A stretch of 64,000 bases of DNA, taken from NCBI RefSeq assembly GCF_006345805.1, contig NC_043002.1:16740001-16804000 (forward strand). Reading direction: 5' to 3'. Under the pieces are notes generated by a model. The model saw only the letters and a program-made list of their open reading frames with translations, was not told the DNA's origin and did not search any database. Origin of the DNA: Octopus sinensis (lineage: Eukaryota). Shown here piece by piece: positions 26,050 through 38,936 of the stretch. Made by a program: the position numbers and the translations under genes. The number at the start of each line of letters is the position of its first letter. Positions within the stretch are counted from its first letter, which is position 1.

Positions 26050-26435
26050 CTAGCAGTATCGCCCGGCGTTGCTCAGGTTTGTAAGGGAAATAACTATAAA
26101 GCATTTTTAGAGAGTTATAGCCAAAAAATAGCAAAAAAATGGAAAAAAATGATGGTAAATTTTTTTTTGATAGTTAAAAAAGGTGGAGTTGCGTCCCCTA
26201 CACAGTTTGTGGTTTGTGTTCCTGATTCTCGACCCCATGTCGAATTTATCGATTTTTTTTCAGAACTGGGGGAACTTTTCAAAATTTTCGCTGCGTTAGT
26301 TTTGAATTATGACATTGGGCTATGTGTGTGTCAAGTTTCATCAGAATCGGTTGAAAGCCGTGGTCAGAGTGAGGGTACAAGCAAACAGACACACAGAAAC
26401 ACGCACAGACAAACTGCCGTTTATATAGAGAGAGA
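26050..26435 (-). mobile_element. Non-autonomous Helitron-like element
   Basis: The minus strand starts A|TC(TCTC..TATATAAACGGCAG) and ends with a GC-rich hairpin CCTGAGCAACGCCGGG followed by CTAG|T. This fits insertion in an AT dinucleotide with no TSD. Confidence 0.75.
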
Positions 26436-27048
26436 TATATAGGCTGGAGTAGCAATTACCATTCTTTCTAACATTCAGACAATGTTAGCAAGGATGAGGG
26501 AACGGATTGTATATCATTTTATCATCTCCGAAAGAGAGTAGAGTAAATAAATTATTTTGACTATGGATCAATATCATTTATTTGTTTACTTCAAAGGCAT
26601 CCACAAGCCTGTCGCATTTGTTAACCTTAACACATACGTATACACACTTAACCACTACATATATATAAGAATAATTTTAAATGCTTCGGGCACAAAGAAA
26701 AAAAAATATTGTGTTACTTTACGCGCGTTGTTCACAACTCCAAATGTTATTTCTGACATTCAACATTATTAAAATACATTTTGGGATTGGTTTCCCCAAG
26801 TTATCAATTAAAAAATTATAACTCACAGAGGTGTTAGAAGGTGCTGCTTTTATAAAAACACAAAAGAAAAACAAGATGTCATTTAGGAATATAAAATATG
26901 CGTCTTCCCAGGATAAAGGAGTAACATTTCATACTGTGATGGCAAATGAAAAGCACGTATAATTTATGATTCAATCCATTAGATATTATTTACACCGCTG
27001 TAAGTGTTCTAGAATATAATATTTAATGTCATATATATCAAAAATAAA

Positions 27049-27275
27049 GGCGGCGAGTTGGCAGAACCGTTAGCACGCCGGGTGGAATGCGTAGCCGTAT
27101 TTTGTCAGCCGTTAAGTCCTGGGTTCTAATTCCGCCGAGGTCGACTTTGCCTTTCATCCTTTCGGGGTCGATAAATTAAGTACCAGTTACTCACTGTGGT
27201 CGATGTAATCGACTTAATACCTATGTCTGTCTTTGTTTGTCCCCTCTATGATTAGCCCCTTTTGGGTAGTAAAAA
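27049..27275 (+). mobile_element. SINE family A monomer
   Basis: Full consensus, flanked by the TSD-like ATATATATCAAAA. Confidence 0.88.
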
Positions 27276-27576
27276 AGTATATATATCAAAAATATAAAAG
27301 AATGGCCAAGATAGATATTAATTTAATATATTAGTAAACTAAACGCATGGAAGATCAAATAGTTAAGAATTTCGTGATGGATTCGATTCAACTACGGAAC
27401 AGTTAGCACAAACACATTTATTATCAACTCTTGACGAAACATTTATTATGAACTAAACTGGTTAGATGGAAATTGTGTAGAAACCTTCGGAGGACTGGGT
27501 ATATAATTTGAAGGCCCAGTCTGGATATGCTTACGCCGCCCTGATTCAGCACTTGAGACTAAAGATAGGAGCATAT

Positions 27577-27994
27577 GGCGGCGAGCTGGCAGAAACGTTA
27601 GCATGCTGGGCGAAATGTTTAGCGGTAATTCGTCTGCCGCTACGTTCTGAGTTCAAATTCCGCCGCAGTCGACTTTGCCTTTCATCATTTCGGGGTCGAT
27701 TAAATAAGTATCAGTTACGCACGGGGGTCGATATAATCGACTTAATCCGTTTGTCTATCCTTGTTTGTCCCTCTCTGTGTTTAGCCCCTTGTGGGTAGTA
27801 AAGAAACAGGTATTTCGTCTGCCGTTACGTTCTGAGTTCAAATTCCGCCGTGGTCGACTTTGCCTTTCATCCTTTCGGGGGTCGGTTAAATAAGTACCAG
27901 TTACGCAGTGGGTTCGATATAATCGACTTAATCCGTTTGTCTGTCCTTGATTGTCGTCTCTGTGTTTAGCCCCTTATGGGTAGTAAAGAAATAT
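27577..27994 (+). mobile_element. SINE family A dimer with 12-bp TSD
   Basis: ATAGGAGCATAT at 27565-27576 and 27995-28006. Confidence 0.9.
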
Positions 27995-28998
27995 ATAGGA
28001 GCATATTTGTCTGTGAAATTCTCACTCGCCTTATGAGTATCTTGCTCTCGCGAAGGAAACATAATCCTGCATAGGTCACAGCGTTGAAATGTATGTGAGA
28101 CTTCAATATATGTGCAATAATAAAATGAAAATAGTGAGGAAATATTTATCTCCTTTTCAAATGTGGAAGTGTATCAGTTTTCAGTTAGAGAAATACTGAG
28201 AATCTAGTATGTTTCAAAGAAATGTACTAAAATAAGAATTTAATTTTGTAGCATTTTTAAATGATAAAACATTCTGGAAAGTAAATTGTTTGCTACCGTT
28301 TGAAATGTTGTACGATTCTTTCCAAACCAAGCACTCAATATCAATTATGTGAGACATTCTTGGAAGATCTAAGGAAAATTTATTACAGAAGAATACCATA
28401 AAGTAAAGTTTTATCATTGATATGGAGAATGTAATAAACACAAGAATTTGTATCAAATATATATATATATATATATAACAAAGGCATTTAGCTATAATCT
28501 GTTAGTTTGAAGGTGTGTATGAATGATGTTTAAAGTTAGCTACTGTTGGTGTTTCTGGTTTTCTCTTCTACCATTGTAACCTGTCATATTTACTTTGACT
28601 ACATTTTTGTAAATATAAATAGAGAGAGAGAGAGCAGGGTGTGTATGTATATATGCTGAATTGCTAAAAATATAAATATATCAAGAGACTATTCCTTTCT
28701 AATAAATTAAACAGTTTATGAAAACTCTTTAAATGATTTTGCTAATAAACAAACAAAATTAAGAAGAAAACAAAGAAAAGTTTTTGGAAACCATCACCAC
28801 TTAATAGTTAATAGCAATAACCTTGATATAACCGGAAGAAGTACACTAACATCAGACCCTTCGAAGAAGGCAGTCCTTAAAACATGTCAAAATTTAGTTA
28901 CAGAATCACATTTAATGTCCAAAATGCATAACGAATATCATTTCCAGTAACAGATCACTCCTTATAGTACGTCTTAAAATTTCTTGATAATTACAGTC

Positions 28999-29328
<330 letters not shown>

Positions 29329-29974
29329 TTACCGTTCAGGAGATGAAAAAGATAATAATTATCGTAGTAAAATGCTGGTGATAATAATAATACCAAACGC
29401 TGATGGGATTTGCGAAGAGGGAGCTTATCAAACAGATTGTAATCAGTGGCGAAACAACACTACCCTCTGACTCTCGCTTTCCCTCTCTCCATTTGTATTT
29501 AACATTCATGTTTCAAAACTTGTTTCTACACATTCTCTCCATCTGGTCACTCGCTGTTCTGCATGAATGACATTTCAACTGTGACTTCAGTCTGGCCACT
29601 ACCACTACCAGTGGCTTCATTAGTTGCCACAGCTGTCTGGTCTCTGTCACCACCACCTTCTGCTTGATACATAGTGTTAACACTACCTTTGTATCGCATT
29701 CAGTGTTACTATTTTGCTTCTAACAGGATACTTAGTTAAATTCATGCCATTGCTATCTAAAATCCAGAGTAAATTAAAAGGAAAGATTTTTCTACTTGTT
29801 CCTGTCTGCCATACAACTGTAAAATGCAGGTGGCATTCAACTATTCCATGCAGTGTCTTTGTCAGTTTTTCCTTGTTTCAAAATATCTCATTTTACAGTT
29901 CTCACAGCATATCTGTAACTGGATATTTGATGTTTTACTGATTTAAGTATATTTCTCCATTCTCTAATTTTGTA

Positions 29975-30028
<54 letters not shown>

Positions 30029-30240
30029 GTTAGAATAAAAATTCACAATTGTGTTGGGAAAAATTAGTTGAGAGGAATATTCAGTGAAATAATATGTATC
30101 TATTTGGTGAATAAAAATTACACTCATCACCTAGAATGAATCCACATCCTTCTATACACCCCTTCACTCATTTGGAGGGTAAAATTTTGTGAGTTACTTA
30201 TATATATATGTGCATCTAACTATCTATCTATCTATCAAAA

Positions 30241-30411
30241 GGCGTAGGAATGGCTGTGTGGTAAGTAGCTTGCTTACGAAACATGTGTCTCTGGGTTCAG
30301 TCCAGCTGCGTGGCACCTTGGGCAAGTGTCTTCTACTATAGCCTCGGGTCGACTAAAGACTTGTGAGTGGATTTGGTAGACGAAAACTGAAAGAAGCCCT
30401 TCGTATATATG

Positions 30412-30491
<80 letters not shown>

Positions 30492-30728
30492 GTGTGTGTG
30501 TGTGTGTGTGTGTGTAATTGTGTATTTGTGTTTGACCTCCCAACATCGCTTGACAACAGATGCTGTGTGTTTACGTCCCCGTAAGTTAGCGGTTCGGCAA
30601 AACAGACCGATAGAATAAGTACTAGGCTTACAAAGAATAAGTCCTGGGGTCGATTTACTCGATCGACTAAAGGCGGGTGCTCCTGCATGGCCACAGTCAA
30701 ATGATTGAAACAAGTAAAATAGTAAAGA

Positions 30729-30730
<2 letters not shown>
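30241..30730 (+). mobile_element. SINE family B
   Basis: A box TGGCTGTGTGG, B box GGGTTCAGTCC, CACCTTGGGCAAGTGTCTT core, internal (TA)n(TG)n and tail AAGTAAAATAGTAAAGAG. Confidence 0.9.
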
Positions 30731-30760
<30 letters not shown>

Positions 30761-30763
<3 letters not shown>

Positions 30764-30931
30764 GGTCCCGGGTTGAGTCGGGGTTAACCACAGTAAATAA
30801 GGTACTCAATACATAGCAGAGTAAATTAATTTATTTTATAGGAGCTTCTACAGGACTAGAACTGTTTCATTCAAAAGAAATCATCAGGAAGCTCAGGAGC
30901 TTCCTGTAGAAGCTCCTTCTATAAAATAAAT
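30761..30931. mobile_element. Short fold-back Penelope-like remnant between two (TA)n tracts
   Basis: 30829-30854 (ATTTATTTTATAGGAGCTTCTACAGG) is mirrored at 30903-30931 with a 3-nt insertion. It contains a hammerhead on the minus strand. Confidence 0.7.
30842..30894 (-). ncRNA. Type-I hammerhead ribozyme motif with intact core
   Basis: The minus strand reads GAGCTTC-CTGATGA-TTTC(TTTT)GAAT-GAAA-CAG(TTCTAGTC)CTG-TA/GAAGCTC. Stem I is a perfect 7 bp, stem III is 4 bp, the triplet is GUA, and there is a U.U mismatch at the base of stem II. Confidence 0.78.
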
Positions 30932-31190
30932 ATATATATATATATAAATGAATGATGCAATTTTATGTAAACACATTCACATTATCCTGAATTTTCGAAA
31001 CGCTGATGCAGTTAAATTAATATGGCATCAACATCGTAAATTTACAGCTACTTTTGCCTTCTTGCACCTGTTAACTATTATATAATAATAATACTTCTTA
31101 TGTGTGCACGCCCACAATTTATCATATCTATGGAGGTGTGAAGTTGCGCATGTATATATGTGTGTGGGAATGAGTGAGTGAAAGACAGAG

Positions 31191-31290
31191 AGAGGAGGAG
31201 AGAGGGAGAGAGAGGAGGAGAGAGGGAGAGAGAGGAGGAGAGAGGGAGAGAGAGGAGGAGAGAGGGAGAGAGAGGAGGAGAGAGGGAGAG
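31191..31290. repeat. Polypurine minisatellite, 5 x AGAGGAGGAGAGAGGGAGAG
   Basis: Five exact 20-bp units. Confidence 0.95.
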
Positions 31291-31796
31291 AGGGCGTTTG
31301 AGCATATTACAAGACGGTGGCAAAATATATACGACGAGTTGGCTGAATCCTAAGGTAATACAAAAACAAGAAGAAAATGAAACTAATTTGCTCCTGTGGA
31401 AATGAATTCGCTTTCTGCCGTTTGGACTGCTGCTCTTTATTAAGAGCCATCAAACAATATCAAACTAAGAGCACAACTGAAGGCAGTTATGCAAAGAATC
31501 CGAGGCAGTTATGTAAAGAAGATAACCTCAATGCAACAGATTAGAAAGACTAAAAATAAATGAAGTCCTTCTGCGGGAGGTGAAGATAAGTACGATATAG
31601 CATCATATATATGTGATTGTGTATGTGTCTGCGTTAGATTTTTCTGATTATGCGTGTGTGTTTGTGAATCTGCATTTGTGTGTACAATGTTCGGACACAT
31701 AATTCTTATGCCGTGCCACATATTCAAGGCTCACATTCCTCATCACATACCCATTTACACAGAAACATATATGAATATGTGTGTGAGCATATGTGA

Positions 31797-31827
<31 letters not shown>

Positions 31828-31875
31828 TGTATGTATGATGTATGTATGTATGATGTATGTATGTATGGATGTATG

Positions 31876-31922
<47 letters not shown>

Positions 31923-32063
31923 TATATATATAATATGAATTAGAGATGAAACCACTAATTCATATTCTATATATATATACTGTGAAATTTGATTTAATAC
32001 TTTAATACTAAATCTAATTTTTTCCTGTAAGTTTGGAGCTATATTCCCTAATATTATATATAT

Positions 32064-32094
<31 letters not shown>

Positions 32095-32210
32095 CCTTGT
32101 TGGCACCCTTTTGTCGCGGGAGACAATGGAGATGCGCATAAAATAATCAAGTGTGGTTTTTATATATTTCATGTCCTTTACATCCCCTACTGTGGCTATG
32201 TAGTCCTAAA

Positions 32211-32617
32211 GATTTGGGTACGAGATGCGTGTCTGACAAGTTTGTGCTATATTTTTTTTCGGCTGACCAAAAATGCACTAGGGTTTCGGTTGCAGAAAAT
32301 CTCCTTGAATGTGGCGCGAACGATGAAGACCTCATGAAAACGTTGCGTACGCTCTTGAACAGGTGTTGCCAAGATTTTGACAGAACTTGAAGCACAATCT
32401 TTGCTCAAGTTTCTCAGTCATTATCAATGCGACGAATACACGCTACACATGTTACTTCTAAGCACTGCTGTAAACAGCGGAATTGAGGTAGAATGTTAAA
32501 ACATAGTGCGCATGCACAGTAGAGTACATGGTCAATCTGTTACAAGCGGCTTTAATCTGCGTGCTATCGGTTCGTTACTAAGGCAACATTCCGGATACTT
32601 AGTGATCTGATCACATA
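32211..32617. mobile_element. Rearranged mariner remnant
   Basis: The minus strand from 32421 reads MTEKLEQRLCFKFCQNLGNTCSRAYA (mariner N-terminus), preceded by a TIR-like end near 32585-32617. The plus strand at 32211-32345 reads DLGTRCVSDKFV...SADQKCTRVSVAENLLEC..NDEDLMKT (the WVPR-linker region). Confidence 0.75.
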
Positions 32618-33974
32618 CGTGCCTTGCTAGTCCATCGGTAGGTTGCAAATTGACACAGTGGATTTGACTCTCTCAAATCACTGGACGTTAAAACACACGG
32701 GAGTCATAGACAGGCAACGCACTCCAAATACAATTCAAGATCGAAGGATATAAATGTTCCGCCAATTTTGTGGCTTATCAACATCACATACCAACCAAGT
32801 AAACTGTCTATGACTATATGCAAGCGTAAAAAACCATCTGCTGGTACGCCCCGATGATGCATACGTAAAAATGAATTTAAATTTTTGCATCTGTCGTTTT
32901 TGAATCGAACTAGAATTCAGCGTAGGGCATAGTGCTACTGAATCATATTGCCATTGTTAAGTCTGAAGCATAAGTACTGCTTTTACTCATAGCTCGAGGA
33001 AATTCATCGTTCAAAGCCATTTTTAATACCTATAGGAGATGATACACTGATATGCTCTATCAACTTTTTCATTTGTTTTTCAGCATCTTCACTCAACTTC
33101 AACTGTTATAAACATAAAGGAAAGACGTGGTGTGTTTAAGTTTTACAAATGAGTATATATGAATATACGTGTGTCTGCGTGTCGCTGTGTTTATACGTGC
33201 GTTGCCATAAAACACAACACTACATATTTATGTTTTCATTCGTAGATTTATTCAAAGCAATAACACATTTCCTTTTATGTATCGTTAAAATACCCAAATA
33301 TAACTGAGATTATTTATTGCTTTTAGCAAAATCATTTATATTTCGCCGTTTTAATAACTGAACCTTGACTATGGTTAATTAATTTTTGCGGAAATAATAA
33401 CATCACGGTATTTTTAATTTAATTTAATTTTATCTTATTCTATTTTCCCCATCTTCCATAAATTAAACATAATTTACATTGTAATTAAGAAAAAAACATT
33501 CAGGTTATTTGTTTTATCTTCCAAGAAAAAAAAATTAATTAATTCTAAAATGGTTTTACAATATTCAGTTCATCATTTCTCAGACTAACATCAAATATAA
33601 AGATTCAATTGTGCTTTGTATTGAGAAAAACAGTGCTTCTAAATCTTCTTAGTGTAACACTATGTGTGGCTACTTGTGAACAATGTTTCGCAATGTAAGA
33701 GGTGTATGTCAGGGAATACTGAGCAAACACGATCAATTAAGAAAGAGAGTGACAAATTTAAGAACGAACAGAAGTTTTTTCTATCGAACAAAAAGCACTA
33801 CCTCATAATATATGTGTTGAGTTTTAGCTCTAAATCAACATTAATAGAATGGACCTGAGATGAAAGTCATTCCAGTCATAACCATCGCGTTTTGTGTGTG
33901 GTAGGAAAAACACTACACCCACTCAAGTGTACAATATAGTTGAGAGTGATTTGAGAGATATTTGTTTGCTAATT

Positions 33975-34392
33975 CTTATTTCTTTACTGCCCACAAGGGG
34001 CTAAACACAGAGGGGAAAAACAAGGACAGACAAAAGGATTAAGTCGATTATATCGACCCTAGTGCGTAACTGCTACTTAATTTTTCAACCCCGAAAGGAC
34101 GAAAGGCAATGTCGGCCTCGGCGGAATTTGAACTCAGAACGTAACGGCAGACGAAATACCTATTTCTTTACTATTCACAAGGGGATAAACACAGAGGAGA
34201 CAAACAAGGACAGACAAACGGATTAAGTCGATTATATCGACCCTAGTGCGTAACTGCTACTAAGTTTTTCGACCCCGAAAGGATGAAAGGCAAAGTCGAC
34301 CTCGGTGGAATCTGAACTCAGAACGTAGCAGCAGACGAAATACCGCTAAGCATTTCGCCCAGCGTGCTAACTTTTCTGCCAGCTCACCGCGT
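33975..34392 (-). mobile_element. SINE family A dimer with 16-bp TSD
   Basis: TATTTGTTTGCTAATT at 33959-33974 and 34393-34408. Confidence 0.9.
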
Positions 34393-35519
34393 TATTTGTT
34401 TGCTAATTTTGCCAGGCGAAGTGATAAGGAGTGGCAGTTCTAGGCTAGTGTCTACAATTAATATGTTTTCCTCGATCGATGGAATTCTAAGATCTAGATG
34501 TGTAAACCTTTAAAATTAAACGAAATTAAAACTAGTGCAGAATGTTTTGTTTCGTTGATCATATAGTTGCATCACTTTATTAATATTCCCTCCGATGACA
34601 AGGAAGTGTAAACAAACCGACAGTCACATGAGATAAGCAGAACATATTGCAGCTATCAATAATACTTATGTTGCAGGGAACAAAGAGAATGAGCAATTCT
34701 GTCTTTATGAATAATGGAGTTTTATGGGGTACACCGTTAATAATTTAATAACGTAATGGCGAAAGAGGGTGATATTAATTAACCAACGCTATTCGGTCAG
34801 TGGGGATTGGAAATAATCTCAAACAAGATTTAATAGAATAAAACAAAAAGCAAAGTCAAAATAATGTATTTTGTCCGCACTTTGACTATTTCGACTACCT
34901 ATAATCACAGAACTTATTGGTTTATGTTGAAACAGATAATTAGACGGAAATCATAAGATTGCAAATGGCAGGGCGTCACGTACACAAATGCACAGCTATC
35001 TTTAGTGCGCTGTAAAATCCAATTCATTTTCGTCACATAATAAAATTAGGCTCTTTTAATTTATTGATTGTTTAGAAAGCAGAGCTAATAATGTCAATCC
35101 TCATAACTACAATACAGTCGTACGTAGAAATAGTTATTGTTATGGACATGGTTTAGGATTTCTTAGAACACAATGTTTAAAAGAAATATTTCTAAGTTCA
35201 CACGGCCAATGATTACATTTTCACAGTTTAGACCAAGCATCCTAAATTAAATAATTTATTATGCAAGAAACCTGATTTCGGGTAGCAATGAAACCGGGAA
35301 TATTTCTTAATTTAGTTAATCGTTTCCTTTAACACAATCTTGAGTTTGTTGCAATCTTATGTACACACTTAGCTACAGAAATGACTAGAACAGTAATATA
35401 AACTCAACCTTGAGGCCTTGTATTGCTCTGCAAACTACGGTTAATGACATTTACTTTCTCTTTCCTAATCAGTTTCATTAAACATGTACAAAATAATAAC
35501 AGTGTAAAGAACAATGTTG

Positions 35520-35780
35520 AGGAGGCGCGTGGCATAGTGGTTAGGGTGTCAGCCTCATGATCGTAAGATTGTGGTTTCGCTTCCTGGACCGGGCGAGGCG
35601 TTGTGTTCTTGAGCAAAACACATCATTTCACGTTGTTCCAATCCACTCAACTGGCAAAAATGAGTAACGCTGCGATGGACTGGCGTCCCGTCCAGCTCGG
35701 GAAGACATAGGCCATAGAAACCGGGAAACCGGGTCCATGAGCCTGGCTAGGCTTTAAAAGGGCGCATTTATTTATTTTTA
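35520..35780 (+). mobile_element. SINE sharing the 38613-type head and core but with a different tail
   Basis: Matches 38613 up to CTGGCAAAAATGAGT, then reads AACGCTGCGATGGACTGGCGTCCCGTCCAG...(TTTA)n. ACAATGTT flanks both sides. Confidence 0.8.
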
Positions 35781-36062
35781 TAGACAATGTTATTAATCAT
35801 ACGGGCTTGAAATTATTCTCCCTATTTTGTCGTATATATATGTATATCTATCTATCTGTCTATATATATATATATACATATATATACTTTATTTTATATA
35901 TATATACATATATACGTTATTTTGGTAGGATTACCATTTAGTGATACATTCCAATGACTCCACTGTAGGTTCTGAGAATTCAGTTACGATATTTATTTTC
36001 CCATAATGCTATGTCTGAATGTGGATTTTCGTAAATTTATAACATGCAGGAAAATGGTTTCA

Positions 36063-36376
36063 GTATGTATGTATGTATGTATGTATGTATGTATGTATGT
36101 ATGTATGTATGTATGTATGTATGTATGTATGTATGTATGTATGTATGTATGTATGTATGTATGTATGTATGTTGTATGTATGTATGTATGTATGTTGTAT
36201 GTATGTATGTATGTATGTATGTATGTATGTATGTATGTATGTATGTATGTATGTATGTATGTATGTATGTATGTATGTATGTATGTATGTATGTATGTAT
36301 GTATGTATGTATGTATGTATGTATGTATGTATGTATGTATGCATGTATGTATGTGTGTATGTATGTATGTATGTAT
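36063..36376. repeat. (TATG)n tetranucleotide microsatellite, about 310 bp
   Basis: Directly visible. Shorter tracts lie at 19305-19435, 31795-31880 and 40787-40851. Confidence 0.97.
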
Positions 36377-37692
36377 GCATTGGAATTTTAAAATAGCGTT
36401 AAGCTTAATTGAATGGTGCCATAGCAAGAGAAAGAGCAGTATATGTTTTCTCAAAAAATGGCCGGAATTGAACCACTCCACTGCTCAGTATTGAAGATAT
36501 TGAGACTTCTTTTTGTTACTATAAATTATCTAGGAAACTGGTTTTGTAAAGTCGTAAGATTAGATTCTGTCCTACAATGGCAAAGCGGTACATTGTATGT
36601 TAAGTTGTTTTGTGCTTAATATAGATTCAGTGGTTACTTTCCCTTGTGACTTTTCAGCGATAGAGATGTGGAGTTTAAAACCTGATAATATTATCAGATA
36701 ACTCAATAATGTTATTATCATAAGCAAAAGTGTTTTAGGCGCGACATTTAGAATTCGTACTCTTTATTTCACTCGTTAATGTATTCGGCATTATATAGGG
36801 TAAAGAATATACTTTATCGGAAAAAATATATTTGTTGCGGGATGTGGGTATAGAAACCTTTCATCGAAGAGAAAGAATTGTAAACTGAATGCCATAAAAT
36901 TAGTTAAGTCTTTGATTTATTTCGAACTCGGGTATTTCAAACCAAACCACACATACTATGATGAATTGGTGTCAATAACACAACAGTATACTTGAATGAA
37001 TCCCTAACGTCTGTACACCAGAATAGAGTAAGAAAGATAATCGTATTTAATGTACTACGACTTCAGAATTTCTGCAAATATTTATACTTATTCAAAAAAC
37101 ACTTCCACGCAAACACACATAAAAATAAGCTTTTAACCATCATCAACTGAATGTCGTCCATTTATACCTGAAATTATGATGTTTAAATGATAAATAGTTT
37201 TGATGCCGTAATTACTTCCGAGAAAACATGGCAAAGCAGCTCTTCATAATGCACAAGAAAGACAGTATAATAAATACAAAGAATGATACTTTTTAAAATT
37301 TTATTTCTTCACTGAGTTATGTTCAGCAGGAGAACAAGTCAAATTCAAGAAACAACATCTGTTACAAGAAAAACTAACAAGCACTGACGCTTAGAACGAA
37401 ATTGAATCACTAGAAATCGTTCCAAGAGAAGAAATACACGTGTCTGTGATATTCAGAATTGTAAAATATTATCTTTAATTACCTAACACCAGATAAATCT
37501 TCGCCACTACTAAAAATTCTTGTCTAAGTTTAGCAAATTCTTAACACTACCAGATGAAAGAAAGAAACATTCAGAAAAAATTACATTAAATTGACTTGTT
37601 GGTGGAGCCAATATATTAATAAGCTGAATCGTTACGCCACAGAACTCTTAAGAAACTTAAACATTTTAAAATGTAAGTAATGCGAATTACGC

Positions 37693-38237
37693 CTCGAAAA
37701 AGAAAAAAAAAATTGAAAAAGAAACGTTCTCCGGAATTCTAAAATATTTGTCTTCTCTGTCATAGACATAATAGGAAAAAAGAACCTTATCCAACAAATT
37801 TGACGAAGCTAATGTTATTTATCTCCCCCTTGATCTCTGACGTCATCTGACAAATAGCAACCAAAATGGTGTGACTCTGCCAAGCTTTATCTCCTAGAAA
37901 TAGCAACCCGAATGCTTTTAAATTAGACCCTAATGCTGGATATTCAAGACCCAAATGATGGGCAGATTTTGAAACACACATGAACAAAATAAAGGGCGGA
38001 TACTCCCGAGATGATCCTGACACTAAAAAAGTATAACATGCCTATGTAGAGCAGATGTAGTCTGCGGTACAGGGCGCTCCCAAAGAGACAGAGAGAATTT
38101 CGCTTTTATTATTATATTTATTTATTATATATTACTGCTCGAAGAAACAAAATGGAAAAAGAAACTTTCTCGGGAATCACAAAATATTTGTTTTCTCTTT
38201 CCTACAGATAATACGAAACAACAACCTTATCCAACAA
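37693..38237. repeat. Diverged direct repeat of about 100 bp (37693-37797 and 38138-38237)
   Basis: CTCGAA...GAAAAAGAAAC.TTCTC.GGAAT...AAAATATTTGT.TTCTCT...AACCTTATCCAACAA occurs at both positions. Confidence 0.7.
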
Positions 38238-38612
38238 CTCAATTAACTTCACAGAAACGCCAGTCTGAAAATGGTGGGAAAACTACTAAATAGTTATATG
38301 AATATACTTCCGTCAATGACATCTAAATTGAGCGAGGTACATTCATCTAGAATATTTAGTTCAAGTCCATTGGCAGTTTTGAAACATTGGAACTAGCAAA
38401 TGTCTGCTGACTTGAGCGTATTTAATTCAGAATATTTAAGTAAAATAATCGATATTTTCAACTGTTTCTTTTTTCAAGAACAGAATACTTCCTGTTATAT
38501 TTATCAATATTTGGAGTGAGGTAGATTAACAGAAACGCTGAACGATGAACATAAAAATTTGGTAAATATTTGCAAACCTTTACATTGTTAGTAATTGTTC
38601 TATCGATTGGGA

Positions 38613-38936
38613 GTGAAGGCGCGTGGCTTAGTTGTTAGGGGCACTCGGCTCATGATCGTAAGATTATGAGTTCAATTCCCGGCGGCGCGTTATGTCCTTG
38701 AGCAAGACACTTTATTTCACGTTGCTCCAGTCCACTCAGCTGGCAAAAATGAGTTGTACCTGTATTTCAAAGGGCCAGCCTTGTCACACAGTATCACGCT
38801 GAATCTCCCCGAGAACTACGTTAAAGGTACACATGTTTGTGGAGTGCTCAGCCACTTACACATTAATTTCTCGAGCAAGCTGTTCCGTTGATCGTATTAG
38901 CTGGGACCCTCGTCGTCAAAACCGCAGGAGTGCTCC
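38613..38936 (+). mobile_element. SINE family C subfamily
   Basis: Head GGCGCGTGGCTTAGTTGTTAGG..GAGTTCAATTCC. The 3' half (TGTACCTGTATTTCAAAGGGCC...GGAGTGCT) is shared with 8991 and 48394. Confidence 0.85.

Noticed and set aside
25996-26442. 148-aa ORF
   Set aside because: It spans a non-autonomous Helitron-like repeat and has no protein motif.
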